This document shows, in pieces, positions 15,105-28,640 of a stretch of DNA of 64,000 nt. Position numbers and translations under genes: made by a program. Source of the stretch: the human T2T-CHM13v2.0 reference genome, Homo sapiens; NCBI RefSeq assembly GCF_009914755.1, contig NC_060941.1. One strand, given 5' to 3'. The first letter of the stretch is position 1; each line of letters opens with the position of its first letter. The notes under the pieces were generated by a model. That model had not been told where the DNA came from. It saw only the letters and a program-made list of their open reading frames with translations, and made no database searches.

Positions 15105-15712
15105 TGAGTAGCATCACACACACTATATAAGAAGCAACGTGATTTCAGAGTCCCGGAGCCTAAGCAGTCCTCACCATACCTAGAAGCAGAAAAGATGGAG
15201 GGCTGGGAGGGTCAAAACAGAGCCCAGCGGAAGATTGCAGCTGGAGGAGCTGGAATCCTGGCTCTGACCACCACTCCCTGGTGGCCAAGAGGGGAAGGAG
15301 TCACCCACTTGCTGCGTGGTTCCCTCCCTGGAGGACACCCACTGACTGGGCAGGGAACTGTGACGTTTAATTGGCTAATGTCTGGAGAACACTTTGAAGA
15401 TGAAAAGTACCAGGTGGGTATCATCACCATACACTTCTTAAGATGATGCATGAGAATAATCATAAAGTTCTCCCCAACTGGGCCTTTCATCCACGGATTT
15501 CAAAGCATTTAGCAAACCTTAATTAACTCTCACAGCACCTCTATGAAGTAAGCATTAATAGCCTCTTACATTAGAGGGACAGAAAGAGGAGGTGAGTGAC
15601 TTGGCCAGGCCCTCAGAGAGTTAGAGACCAGGTGGACAATACGCGTTCATCAGGCAGGCATGCATTCAGTGTCTCCTCTGTGGCAGGTCTCATGCCAAGC
15701 TCTGGGGAAACC

Positions 15713-16340
15713 CCAGGGGGTGCCAGAGCTGGTCAGTGCCAGCTCGCAATCTCCAGCTGTCAAATTTTCAAGAATTTTGCAAACCAGTTATGAAACAAAG
15801 CCATTCTTCAAAGTTAAATTACATAAATGTATAATTAAATAAATTGTATTGGAAACACAGGTAATGAAAGCTCAAAATGTATCACTCCAAATTATTTTAC
15901 AACTTTCTACTGTTATCTGCACACTTGGGGTTATTCACCTGTGGAATATCTGCGGGGTGGAAATAGTGCAGAAAGCTGTGCTGCTGTGCACTCCTTCCCA
16001 GATCCCTGTTCAGTGACGTCCCAGTGGTCCCTTGAAATTGACCACGGTGAGAGTGTTTACACCATGGAAATTGGCAGATGCTACAGACCAGGGCTTGACT
16101 TACTGTCCTCTGGACTTCCAGACTTTAAAAAGTGATGGAGAAAATGTTAAAAATGCAGGTTAATATTAAAAGCATGTCATTTCTATAGCCATTACATTGT
16201 GAATGGCACACACAAAAGATTGAGGAAAGACTTCCATGCTTCAAAAGCCATTATCCAATTCAGCAAAGAAATCACTCACAACGTCCTAGACAAATGAGTG
16301 ACGTTCCTACATACATCCTCGTTGTTTCACTTCCATCTTA
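15713..16340 (+). mobile_element. MER63 (B/C/D) hAT element
   Basis: aaattttcaagaattttgcaaaccagtt...tttacaccatggaaattggcagatgctaca. Confidence 0.85.
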
Positions 16341-16773
16341 CTCCAGAGCAAGGAAGATATCCCACCAGTCTCCATCAAGAGAGCCAAAAGCCAAGCATGG
16401 TCCCTCACCCAGCAGAGAGGCCCAAGATCTGGGACCTGGACAGTAGATGTGTCTGCCCAGTCCAGTTTCCCATCCTGCCACCCCCTAGCCCCCACCACCG
16501 TGTGACTATCATAGAAACAACCATTTTATATAACAAAACCCTGCTGCCTTCCTGGCCACATTTGATTGGTCAAAGGCAGGCTCCTGGTCTCTTCCTGAGA
16601 AATGTGGGACTGGCACTGAGAAAGACAGCCAGGCCTTCTGGTAGCTGAAGCTGTAAAATATCAATCTACGAAGCTGCAGTAGCCAGGTCACATGGAATCC
16701 ACCTTACCGATAAAGCCAATCAGGGGAGAGCAGAAAGAAGGCAGCCACAGCAGAAAGATTCAGGGGAGAGACA

Positions 16774-17144
16774 CGATACAGTTTGGCTGTGTCCCTACTC
16801 AAATCTCACCTTGAATTGTAATAATCCCCATGTGCCAAGGGCAGGGCCAGGTAGAGATAATTGAACCATGGTGTGTGTGTGTTGTGGGGGGTTTTCCCCC
16901 ATACTGTTCTCGTGGGAGTGAATAAGGCTCACAGGATCTGATGGTTTTATAAATGGGGGTTCCCCTGCACAAGCTCTGTTGCCTGCTGCCATGTAAGACG
17001 TGACTTTGCCCCTCATTTGCGTTCTGCCATGATTGTGAGGCCTCCCCAGCCATGTGTAACTGTAAGTCTATTAAACCTCTTTCCTTAATAAATTACTCAG
17101 TCTCAGGTATGTCTTTATTAGCAGCAAGAAAATGAACTAATATA
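16774..17144 (+). mobile_element. THE1 (C/D-like) solo LTR
   Basis: cgatacagtttggctgtgtcc...ctaatata; 5-bp TSD agaca/agata. Confidence 0.95.
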
Positions 17145-17260
17145 AGATATCTTGGCAATGTGTTGGTCCCTAGATTCCAGGTGGCCCTGAACTCAGTGCT
17201 TTCCTGACCTTCTTGCTACTTGGAGTTCAACTCTTCTTTGGATTCTACATTATGCCCCAG

Positions 17261-17622
17261 TGATATGGTTTGGCTGTGTTCTCACCCAAATTGTATCTTG
17301 AACTGTATCTCCCATAATACCCACATGTTGTGAGAGGGACCTGGTGAAAGATAATTCAATCATGGCGGCGGTTTCCCCCATACTATTCTCATGGTAGTGA
17401 ATAAATCTCACGAGATCTAATGGTTTTATAAGGGGAAACCCCTTTCACTTGGTTCCTATCCTCTCTTGCCTGCCACCATGTAAGACGTGCCTTTCATCTT
17501 TTGTCATGATTGTGAGGCCTCCTCAGCCCCGTGGAATTGTGAGTCCATTGAACCCCTTTTTCTTTATAAATTACCCAGTCTTACATATGTCTTTATCAGC
17601 AGTGTGAAAACGGACTAATACA
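17261..17622 (+). mobile_element. THE1C-like solo LTR
   Basis: TG...CA ends; perfect 5-bp TSD cccag. Confidence 0.96.
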
Positions 17623-17710
17623 CCCAGTATTTTTCCAGCAAGTTCCCCTCTTTTGCTAAGCTAGCTGGGTTTCAGAAACTTCAATTAGAATTGTCCTAAC
17701 TATTATAACT

Positions 17711-17880
17711 ACCAAGGATGCTAAGTTGATTCTTTCAAAAATCTTCACTGGGCTTCTCTCCAAGTTCTTGGTGTGGTATAAAGAAATGGTGGGCATCCAA
17801 TCCCTGAACACTGAAGTTGACCACCTAGATATACAGCAGGGGGATATACGCATCCCAAAGACAGACAATTGGATAAAACC
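17711..17880 (+). repeat. Unassigned ~170-bp direct repeat, copy 1
   Basis: Aligns by eye to 24018-24188 with ~20 substitutions and 1 indel. Confidence 0.95.
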
Positions 17881-17924
17881 CAAGTACAAACAAAAAACAA
17901 TAAAGGTAATTTCACACAACATGA

Positions 17925-18172
17925 GAATTAGAAGTGAACTTTAAGGCCACCAAATCCAGCGTCTATCTGACATATGAAATGGCTCTAAATTTCGACTTCC
18001 TGAAGGATTTCAATCTATTTTCAGTGCGTTCTCATGACAAAAATATTCGTCTAGGTTGAACCAAAATCTGCTTCCCTGTAACTTTGAACCACTGGTCTTA
18101 ATTATATGCCCTGGAGCTATACAAAATAGATCAAAGATTTCCTTCACGTGATAGCCCTTTAAATATTTAAAG
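17925..18172 (-). mobile_element. L3/CR1 LINE fragment
   Basis: aaatctgcttccctgtaactttgaaccactggtc...gatagccctttaaatattt. Confidence 0.75.
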
Positions 18173-18184
18173 TCAAAATACTAT

Positions 18185-18315
18185 TATTACTATTCCCATT
18201 TATTGAGTAATTACTACATGCCAGCACATGGTTATCACGTTTAATCTTCATCACATGCTGAGAGGTAGATGGCATCTGGAGCCTTATTTTACAAATGAGG
18301 ATACTGAGACAGAGC
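18185..18315 (-). mobile_element. MIR
   Basis: atttattgagtaattactacatgccagc...ttttacaaatgaggatactgag. Confidence 0.8.
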
Positions 18316-18349
18316 TGGGGGTGGGAAGGGAAGGGACTAAGATCTGATC

Positions 18350-18566
18350 ATTATCATATGTCACCACCTTCCAGCGAGGCATTCTGAAGAGTTCAAGAAT
18401 TGGACCTTCCAGGTTGTTCTGAACTTACATATGTCACAATGGGAGGATGGAACATATTTAATAGTTTGTGGGCTTGATTTGTTCCTTTCAATTGTTTAGC
18501 TATGTGGTGCATTGGCCTCTATTTGTACTCCCATCCTGAGCCCCATAAATGTTAGGGGTGAGCCTG
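18350..18566 (-). mobile_element. ORSL-like hAT-Tip100 element
   Basis: ggcctctatttgtactc...ccccataaatgttaggggtgagcctg terminus. Confidence 0.7.
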
Positions 18567-18789
18567 GTGGGACATCTTCAGAGGGGCTATCTCTTGGTGA
18601 ACAACAGCTACACATTCCTCTCCATCTCAGCCTCCTACTGCTTACTCTTTAGAGTTCTAGTCTCCTATTTCCCACAAAGGGGGTTTTGCCTCTTATTCAC
18701 ATTTCCATTTAACTGTCACCACCTTCTGCCCCTTCACTCTTGGGTGCTGAAGGCCAGCTGGGTTGAATTCATTCCCAGGTCAACATGTG

Positions 18790-19374
18790 GGTAGCACCTC
18801 AGTTTTCTATTGCTGCAAAACAAACTATCCCAAAACAGACTGGCATAAGGCAGCCATTCTATCATCCTGACGTTATATGAGCAGCAGTGTGAACATGGCA
18901 GTGTGAAGCAGGCTGGTCTCTGTTCCACAATGTCTGATGCTTCAGGTGGGAAGACTTGATGACTAGAGGTGACTGGAATCATCTAAAGATATCACTATTC
19001 ACACATCTGATAGTTGATATCAGTTCAGTTGAGACCTCAGGGTGGTTGTTGGCCTACACTGGCCTCTCTATGTGGTCTTTCCATATGGGCTAGTTTGTCT
19101 TCCTTACAGCATGGTGGCTGGATTTCAAGAGCCTAAAGAGTGAGCATTCCTAGAGGGCAAGGTGGAAGTATGTGGTATTTCTCTGCTCTAACCCTAGAAG
19201 TCACACAGCATCACTTCGGTCATACTCTACTGGCAGAGGAAGTGAACAAAGGTTTTCCCAGGTTTAAGGGAGGGGATGTGGGTCCCCACTCAATGGGAGA
19301 ATTGTCACAGTGTAAGAAGAGCATGGCATGGGAGATCCTGTTGTGGTCATTTTGGGAAAATATTATTTTACACA
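18790..19374 (-). mobile_element. MLT1F/G-like LTR
   Basis: ctattgctgcaaaacaaactatcccaaaac...gaagtcacacagcatcacttc. Confidence 0.85.
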
Positions 19375-19459
19375 GGGAAGAAAAGAAAGGATGGAAATGG
19401 TGCTTGAGACTGTATTCGATTCTCTGTACTAACAACTCCATTGACCATGCCATGTGGGG

Positions 19460-20025
19460 GTCCTTATTCTGAATTTGCAGGTGAGGAAACGAAGGCTCAG
19501 AATAGTTCAGGTTCTTCACTCCTACACTGCTGGTGGGAATGTCAACTAGTACAACCACTATGGAAAACAGTGTGGAGATTCCTTAAAGAATTAAAAGTAG
19601 AACTACCATTTGATTCAGCAATCCCACTACTGGGTATCTACCCAGAGGAAAAGAAGTCATTATACAGAAAAGATACTTGCTCACACATGTTTATAGCAGC
19701 ACAATTCGCAACTGAAAAAATGTGGAACCAACCCATATGTCCATCAATCAATGAGTGGATAAAGAAACTGTGGTGTGTGTGTGTGCACATGTGTGTGTGT
19801 GTGTGTGTGTGTGTGTATGCATATATAATGGTCTCTGTTCCACAATGTCTGATGCATATATATATGCATACACACACACACACACATATATACACCCTTT
19901 ATATACCATTAATTCATTCCTTTTCATGGCTGAGTAGTATTCCAACATATATATTTATTTTATATATATACTGAGTAGTATTCCATCATATATATACACA
20001 CACACACGTATGTACATATATATGA

Positions 20026-20068
<43 letters not shown>

Positions 20069-20505
20069 GTATATATATGATGGAATACTACTCAGCCATA
20101 AAAAGGAATGAATTAATGGCATTCGCAGCAACCTGGTTGGGATTGGGGACTATTATTCTAAGTGAAATAATTCAGGAATGGAAAACCAACATTGTATGTT
20201 CTCACTCATAAGTGGGAGCTAAGCTACGAGGATGCAAAAGCATAAGAATGACACAATGGACTTTGGGGACTCGGGGAAAGGTTGGGAAAGGGGTGAGGGA
20301 TAAAAGACTACAAATTGGGTTTAGTGTACACTGCTCAGGTGATGGGTGCACCAAAATCTCACAAATCACCACTGAAGAACTTACTCATGTAACCAAACAC
20401 CACCTGTTCCCCCAAAAACCTATAGAAATAAAAAATATTTAAAAATAAATCAAAAAAAGAGAAGTTCGGGTTCTTGCCCAAGATCACACAGAAAGTGACA
20501 GCATA
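19460..20505 (-). mobile_element. MIR split by L1PB
   Basis: gcaggtgaggaaacgaaggctcag | gcccaagatcacacag. Confidence 0.75.
19517..20462 (+). mobile_element. L1PB1-like 3' fragment with rearranged (TG)/(TA) microsatellite
   Basis: ORF2 C-terminus [23 protein letters not shown]; L1PB 3'UTR; TSD agttc(a/g)ggttctt (19504-19516, 20463-20475). Confidence 0.93.
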
Positions 20506-20508
20506 CAC

Positions 20509-20697
20509 CAGTGGTACTCAAACTTTACTGAGTAGCAGAATCATCTGAGGGTCTTATTCAGACACAGATTGTGGGATACCACCCCCAGGGATTTAGATTC
20601 AATCAATCTAGAGTGGGCCTCAAGAATCTGCATCTCCAACAAGTTCTCGCGTGATGCTGATGATGCCGGCCCAGTGACCACAGCTGGAGAACTGCTG
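20509..20697. mobile_element. MER5A
   Basis: cagtggtactcaaac...gagaactgctg; TSD gcatacac/gtatacag. Confidence 0.9.
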
Positions 20698-20825
20698 GTA
20701 TACAGTTTTTGAAGCCATACCTGGGTGAACTTCTGCCTCATTATGCTTGTATAGGAGAGCACTGGTATTCCTCACCCAGGACCAGAGAAACAGAAGAATG
20801 ACTCATGGCCATCATGTCTTTAATT

Positions 20826-21116
20826 TTTTTTTTTTTTTTTTTTTTGAGATGGAGTCTCGCTCTGTCACCCAGGCTGGAGTGCAGTGGTGCAATCTCGGCT
20901 CACTGCAAGCTCCGCCTCCCCATTTCACGCCATTCTCCTCCGGAGTAGCTGGGACTACAGGCACCCACCACCACTCCCGGCTAATTTTTTGTATTTTTAG
21001 TAGAGACGGGGTTTCACCGAGTTAGCCAGGATGGTCTCGATCTCCTGACCTCGTGATCTGCCCGCCTCGGCCTCCCAAGGTGCTGGAATTACAGGCGTGA
21101 GCCACTGTGCCTGGCC
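20826..21116 (-). mobile_element. AluY with internal deletion
   Basis: TSD atcatgtctttaatt. Confidence 0.95.
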
Positions 21117-21489
21117 ATCATGTCTTTAATTCTAAGAGAAAACATATGTAGCAAGATAAGATTTTCATTATTCCTTAGCCACTTCTCTCTCTCCCTCTTC
21201 CACTCACCCTTGGAGTTCTTCAGTAAAACAGCATAAAAGAGCACAGACTTTATCAGCATGGTAACCTACCAAAGGTATTCTCTGAGAGGCCATCAATAAT
21301 AGCAAAAGCAAGAAGGATCTCATTTAGGGCTTCACTCTGAAAAACCAAAGATGTCCTCTTACGCTAATGCTTAAGATTGAGATAAGATGTAATGTGACTA
21401 TTAGCATTCTTCACGGAATGGGACTCCATGAAGAGAAAGGAGAGGGGCAAAAAAGAAGAGAGAATCTTGAAGAAGAGGAAGGGATATTA

Positions 21490-21863
21490 AGTAATTGTAC
21501 GTGCTTAACATCCATTGTTTCCAGATCTTGTATAGGTAAGATCGCATGTCCTGGCCCACTTCCTGTTGGGTGGGATCAGGTGGCTAGTTCATGCCAACTA
21601 AGCCAAGAAGAAGTGATGGGCATTGCTTCCATGCTGGGGTAATTGATTACCAGTGAGAGACCCTTCAGAGCTCTCTTTTTCTGTTAGCATGGTAGCTGGT
21701 GATGTTCATGACTATGGCAGCTAGATCAGTCTGGGGCAGAACACCTGCCAACCCACGATGCACACATGAAGTGAGTGAGAAACTAACATTTGCATATTTT
21801 AAACTCCTAGGTTTGAGGGAGTATTTGTTATGGCAGCATAGCTAGCCTATTCTAACTGATACA
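21490..21863 (+). mobile_element. MLT1I/J-like LTR
   Basis: ends tttgttatggcagcatagctagcctattctaactgataca. Confidence 0.8.
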
Positions 21864-23004
21864 GGAGAAGAGAGAGAAGGAACATCCAGGTGTCTCTCCA
21901 AGGAGCATTATGAAGACACCAAAGTAAGACTGATTAGGAAAAGCAAATAAATCCTTTGTATCATGCCCTGGCCTCTGTGAGATTGATGACCTTCTTACAG
22001 TAAGACTCGTACGTCTCTTCCAGATTTTACAAGGGCATCTAAGGACATTTGGACCTGCACTTCCTGTCATTCTCCACTGCATCACTTAGCTTTAACCATG
22101 TTAAACGAAAGCTAAACCTTCAGAAGACAGATGCCCTCTGAAGTGTAACTTCAATAAGACATCCTGTAGCCAGATTCAAGGCTGAGATCCTGTGACTCCC
22201 GCCCCTCACTGAACCCCAGTTCTGGGTCCTAACAGAGCTTGCTCAGCAACATACTCTGTCTTCTGCAGGTTGGTGAAGGTGCCAAGGCTTTGTCGATGCT
22301 GTTCCTGCAATATTTCTCCCGCCACCTACTTACTGAGCATCCTTTGGAAGATGCCCAGGGCTGCAGCAGCCGGCATTCATGGCATTCCTGAAAGTATGTC
22401 CTGCCAGGCAGGAAAAAGGGGCAGCTTTGTGCTGCTGGGTTCTCAGCTCCCAGCACTGCACCAGCGACCAAGGGGCCTGGTTCAGACCATTGTCTTACTT
22501 GATGGACATAGAGGGCCCGAGTTCCAGCAGAAGCAGCTGGGATCCAAGCCTGGATGGCAGAGGGTGGGCTGGAGCTACCCTAACCCCCCCACCTCACCAT
22601 CTGCCTCTCTGGGTTTCTATTGCTGTCTGATTTTTAAAAATAAGTTCAAATGGAAAACAAAGCAAACCTGTGAAAAACAATGTGAAGCGTTGAAATAATT
22701 TACATTTAGAGTCTGACCCAAAAAATGTATCTCCCGATCTTTTGCTCTATAGTCCTATCTTTTTCATCAAACTTTGTAAAGGAGAACAACAACAACAACA
22801 AATTATGGCGTGCCTTTAGTGCACTTGGGGTCACTCTAGGAGTCTCTGTTCGGTCTCCTCGCACCCTCATAACATCATCTCCAAACCACTCCAGGTTGGA
22901 AACATACCCTGAAGCGTCCTGTGTGAACAGTAGCCACCCACCACCGCATTCCCCACATTAGTTATTTTCCCCTTCATGGTCTGCATCTCACCAAGACAGA
23001 AGCC

Positions 23005-23412
23005 AGAAACTTACTTTCCCATCCTCCTCTGCAGCAGGGGCATGGTCATGTGACTTAGGCTTAGCCAATCAGAAGCACCTTCATGGGATATGGATTCAGG
23101 AACGCCTCCAAGAAGTGGGCACAGCACAGGATTCATTTAGTAAAGGATGGCTATGTAAACAAACATCCAGCTTCCAGCGTAGACGTGGAGCTTCCAGAGC
23201 AGAGGCTGTGGGGGCAGTTAAGTCCCAGGCTCTGCCTGCCTTTCCCAAGGAAAATGACCAGGGTTTTAGGGTCATTTGGACATTGTGTCAGGCTGCAAAG
23301 TTTCCAGGCCTGGTTCTCTGGTTTTCGTTAATATTTTTACGTAAATTTCTTCTCTGTTTATACTCTCTAGAGTGAGTTCTGTTGTTTGCAGTTATGAATG
23401 TTGACTAATATG
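23005..23412 (+). mobile_element. Old MaLR/ERVL LTR relic
   Basis: ggtcatgtgacttaggcttagccaatcaga; ends gttgtttgcag...gactaata. Confidence 0.5.
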
Positions 23413-23578
23413 ATAGTTAACACAGCACACCTGTTATCCGAAATGTATGTTCCCTCTTACGTAGCCGGCCTCATAACAAAGAGAAAGATATTTTCTCAAG
23501 GCTCTTCTATCCCCTCCCATCCTGGTGTGGTCCAGAGAAGCATCTGAATTAGGAGGCTTTAGAAACTTTATTCATGGC

Positions 23579-23944
23579 TGATGTGGTTTGGCTATGTCCC
23601 CACCCAAATCTCATCTTGAATTGTAGCTCTATAATTCCCACCTGTTATGGGAGGGACCCAGTACCCCCAGATAATCGAATCATGGGGGTGGTTTCCCCCA
23701 TACTGTTCTCGTGGTAGTGAATAAGTCTCACAAGATTTGTTGGCTTTATAAGGGGAAACCCCTTTCACTTGATTCTCATTCTCTCTCTTGCCTGCCACCG
23801 TGTAAGATGTGCCTTTCACCTTCTGCCATGATGGTGAGACCTCCCCAGCCACATGGAACTGTGAGTCCATTCAACCTCTTTTTCTTTATACATTACTCAG
23901 TCTCGGGTATGTCTTTATCAGCAGCATGAGAACAGACTAATACA
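23579..23944 (+). mobile_element. THE1C-like solo LTR
   Basis: tgatgtggtttggctatgtccccacccaaatctc...gactaataca. Confidence 0.95.
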
Positions 23945-24017
23945 ATGAGCAGACTAATTCCTTCATTCAAAAGATAGTCACTGAGCACCTGCTGTGTTTC
24001 AGGCAGGACATGATGAT

Positions 24018-24188
24018 ACCCAGGATGCTAAGTTGATCCTTTCAAAAATCCTTATTGGGCTTCTCCCTAAGTTCATGTTGTGGTGTAAAGAAATTGTGGG
24101 CACTCAATCCCTGAACACTGAACTTGACCACCTAAGATACAGAGCAGGGAGATATGGGCATCCCAAAGACAGACAACTGGATAAAACC
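24018..24188 (+). repeat. Unassigned ~170-bp direct repeat, copy 2
   Basis: Homologous to 17711-17880. Confidence 0.95.
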
Positions 24189-24393
24189 TGCACTCATGTG
24201 GCTCATAGTGTGGTCAGGGAGACCGACTTTAACCAAAAAGCCACACACACTACTGCAAAGCTGCAGTTGTGACAGAGCGCTGAAGGAGAGAAAAACAAAG
24301 TAACAGGTGCCTACACATGGGAGATTTCACCCTATGCAGAAGGTAAAGAAAGACTCACTTGAGGATATGGCACTTGTGATGGAAACAAGGCTA

Positions 24394-25099
<706 letters not shown>

Positions 25100-26524
25100 C
25101 AGTTGAGCAGAGAGCTGAATAATGAATAGGACCTAAATATATGAGAGAGGAAGTGAAAGCATTCTAGCAGAGAGAATGGCCCAATGCAAAGGCTTTGTGG
25201 TGGGAGCGAGAAAAGCAAGAAGGAAAAATTGGGAAAGGCCAAGGAAGGTGAACAGAGTGAGAGATGGTGGATTCAAGATAAGGCTGCAGTGGTTGGCAGA
25301 GACAAGACTGTGCAGCCCACGTATTGGCCAAGCGAAGGCATAGCACCTGCAAGATTCATGCCTGTTCACATTCCCACTGCCCAGAGACTCTGGATGAGGT
25401 CCTGTCTGTTTTCAAGAAAGAGACCCTGGAGTTCTTCACTGTTAGCCTTCCTCGCTTTCAGATGCTGACAGCCTTGAGAAGACGCTGTACTTTTCCGTTC
25501 TACAGTAAGCTGCCCACATCAAAGCCCAAGAAGCCACAGGCATTTGGGGGAGTTGTGGGTCAGATATTTAATTATTCTAATCTAGAAGTCTATTCTCCCC
25601 ACACTGCCAAGAACAGAAAGTTCATTTTGGAAAAAGAGGGTAGTTCCTTGGAAGGGCTGAATCTCATCTTTGATCTGCAGAGCTCTCAGACCCACCTCAA
25701 GATTTCCAAAGCCCAGAAACCCACAGACACTATCCCTCGCCCACAATAATGGACAAAACAAGAAGCCGCTAGTGCTTGTGGTAGAGGGAGGTGAGGGATG
25801 TCTTGGATGTATTTCATTTTTATTTATTTCTAAGAAAAACCACCTTTAAGATGGGAAGATGTGAGTGGACATACATTTCTAAACAACTTTGTTGATCTGA
25901 TAAATTCAGATAAAGAAATTACTGTAAAAAGATTGCCTCATCTACAAAGCTCAGGACATTTTTTTCCCTTTTGCTGTTTTTTATCTTTGAGAAAGATAAT
26001 GAAAGAGGAAGCTTGAAACCCCGTTTCCATTGATGTTCGAACACACAACTGCTGGGTTTAAGAACCAGAGGAGATCAAAGGGAATGGGGCCCATTCCAAT
26101 AAAATTATAGCAGCGCTGGCAGAGGGTGTGGGCTCATTTAGGAACTTGGAGGCAAGGAGTTGTTGACGCACCTTCATCAGAGCTGAGGACAGAAAGAAAA
26201 ATGCCTGAAATTCCAAGGGATTAATTAGGAGTATAGCTCATAATGTTACAGCAGCTGCACACACAGTTAGCTGATACGCTTCCCTCAGTGAACACTTCAA
26301 GCCCTGGATATCAGTACCGTTCGTAGGAAAAATGGATGGTGGTGACTCCCACTTCCAAAGGAGAGTTCTTCTGCCCTGAAAATGTAACTGGCCTAGGCCC
26401 AGTTACATTAAGTCTGGGGTGAGAGATTGGGAAAAACAAATAAATTTGGAAATATAGTGGCAAGAAAGGAACCAAAAACGTTTTGGGTTTATATTATATT
26501 AAAGTACCAACATTTTGGTATTTC

Positions 26525-26605
26525 ATTAGCCCCATTTTACAGATGAGAAAACTGAGATTCAGAGAGGCTGAATAATTGTGTATAACTGTGCATAGCCACT
26601 TAGCC
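26525..26605 (-). mobile_element. MIR core
   Basis: cccattttacagatgagaaaactgagattcagagagg. Confidence 0.8.
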
Positions 26606-27097
26606 AGCTTTGACTGAATTCTTATTGCTTTCCACTTAAAATGAGTATTCCAGTGGTTTTCCAGCCCCCTTCACCCACCGGTGGGTGGGGCTGCCATACC
26701 CAATACCTGACTATCCAGTGTTTAGGCTGTTGGGGAGGTATGACAAATCAGGTGGGAATGTTTGGGAAAAACCCACCTGGGTAGTCCTTGCAAATGCTAT
26801 CAACGACTACATAAATCTAGTGCTGCTATTAAGAACTGAGTCTCTGTATTAAATAGTAGAGATGTGAACATTCCACACTGCTGTCCTAATCCTATACTCC
26901 TTAGTCCATGCCAATTTAAAGGGCACAGGAAGTTGAAAAGCCTAGCCAACCATTTTTATCCTAAACCAGTCATTGCAAATGAAAATATGCACTCAGGGAT
27001 GCAACTTCTGACAATCAGTTGAAGTAGATTCCACAGAAACCAAATGACATTAGTATTAGCTTAATTCAAGTGTAATCAGGAAGGTGAATTAATTTCA

Positions 27098-27700
<603 letters not shown>

Positions 27701-27923
27701 TTTCCTGCCTCTAATACTCGTCAATGCTCTCAGCTGGCTCCCCACCCTGCCTCTCAAGAGGAAGTTCATCAGGTTTCCAGCAATAGAGATTGTAATGATC
27801 AAATCAGCAGAGAGGGGGGCAGAATTGACAGATGATTCTAGAGCAGATGATCCCATTTAGCCCTTGAAAATGAAACTTCTCTGAAGAAAAGTAGCCACCC
27901 CACCCCCATACTTTAGTTGGTCA

Positions 27924-28355
<432 letters not shown>

Positions 28356-28409
28356 TCATAGTAAAACATATTGGGATTTAATGTTACCCAATAATAATGA
28401 TAGGCTAAG

Positions 28410-28640
28410 ATAATGTAGTTACCATGTATCGTGCTCTTGCTAAAAGGCAGGCACAGTGATAGGCATTTGAAATATCTCATGCTGTCTATCTAACTCACAA
28501 CAATTCCATAGGTAAGTACTTCCTTTCATCTCATTTTTCAGATAAGGAAACAAAGCATCCAAGATGTGAAATAATTTGCCAATTTCATACAGCTCCTAAG
28601 CGGTAGAGTTGGGATTTGAACCTGCATTGTTCCAAAACGT
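28410..28640 (-). mobile_element. MIR
   Basis: catttttcagataaggaaac...gggatttgaacc. Confidence 0.75.

Larger units (their letters stand above)
16500..17703 (+). mobile_element. Old MLT1-like LTR split by two THE1 LTRs
   Basis: tgattggtcaaagg...; terminal gctaagctagctgggtttc...cctaactat. Confidence 0.45.

Noticed and set aside
17711-17880. H/ACA snoRNA retrocopy (two-hairpin look, AAAGAA hinge, ACA near the end)
   Set aside because: The first stem is not conserved in copy 2, there is no poly-A or TSD, and it matches no snoRNA I know. An Rfam/Infernal scan would settle it.
19441-19974. Longest ORF (177 aa) as a gene
   Set aside because: It is a chimera of MIR, the L1 ORF2 C-terminus and microsatellite translation (CVCV/HTHT).
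17261-23944. Two LTRs of one THE1 provirus
   Set aside because: The first LTR has its own perfect TSD, and the intervening DNA is older repeats rather than THE1-int.
17726-24272. Paralogous small proteins from the 170-bp repeat (ILSKI..GLL.KF..W.KE.VG.QSLNTE.DHL)
   Set aside because: Differences are mostly non-synonymous and there is a frameshift, so no sign of coding constraint.
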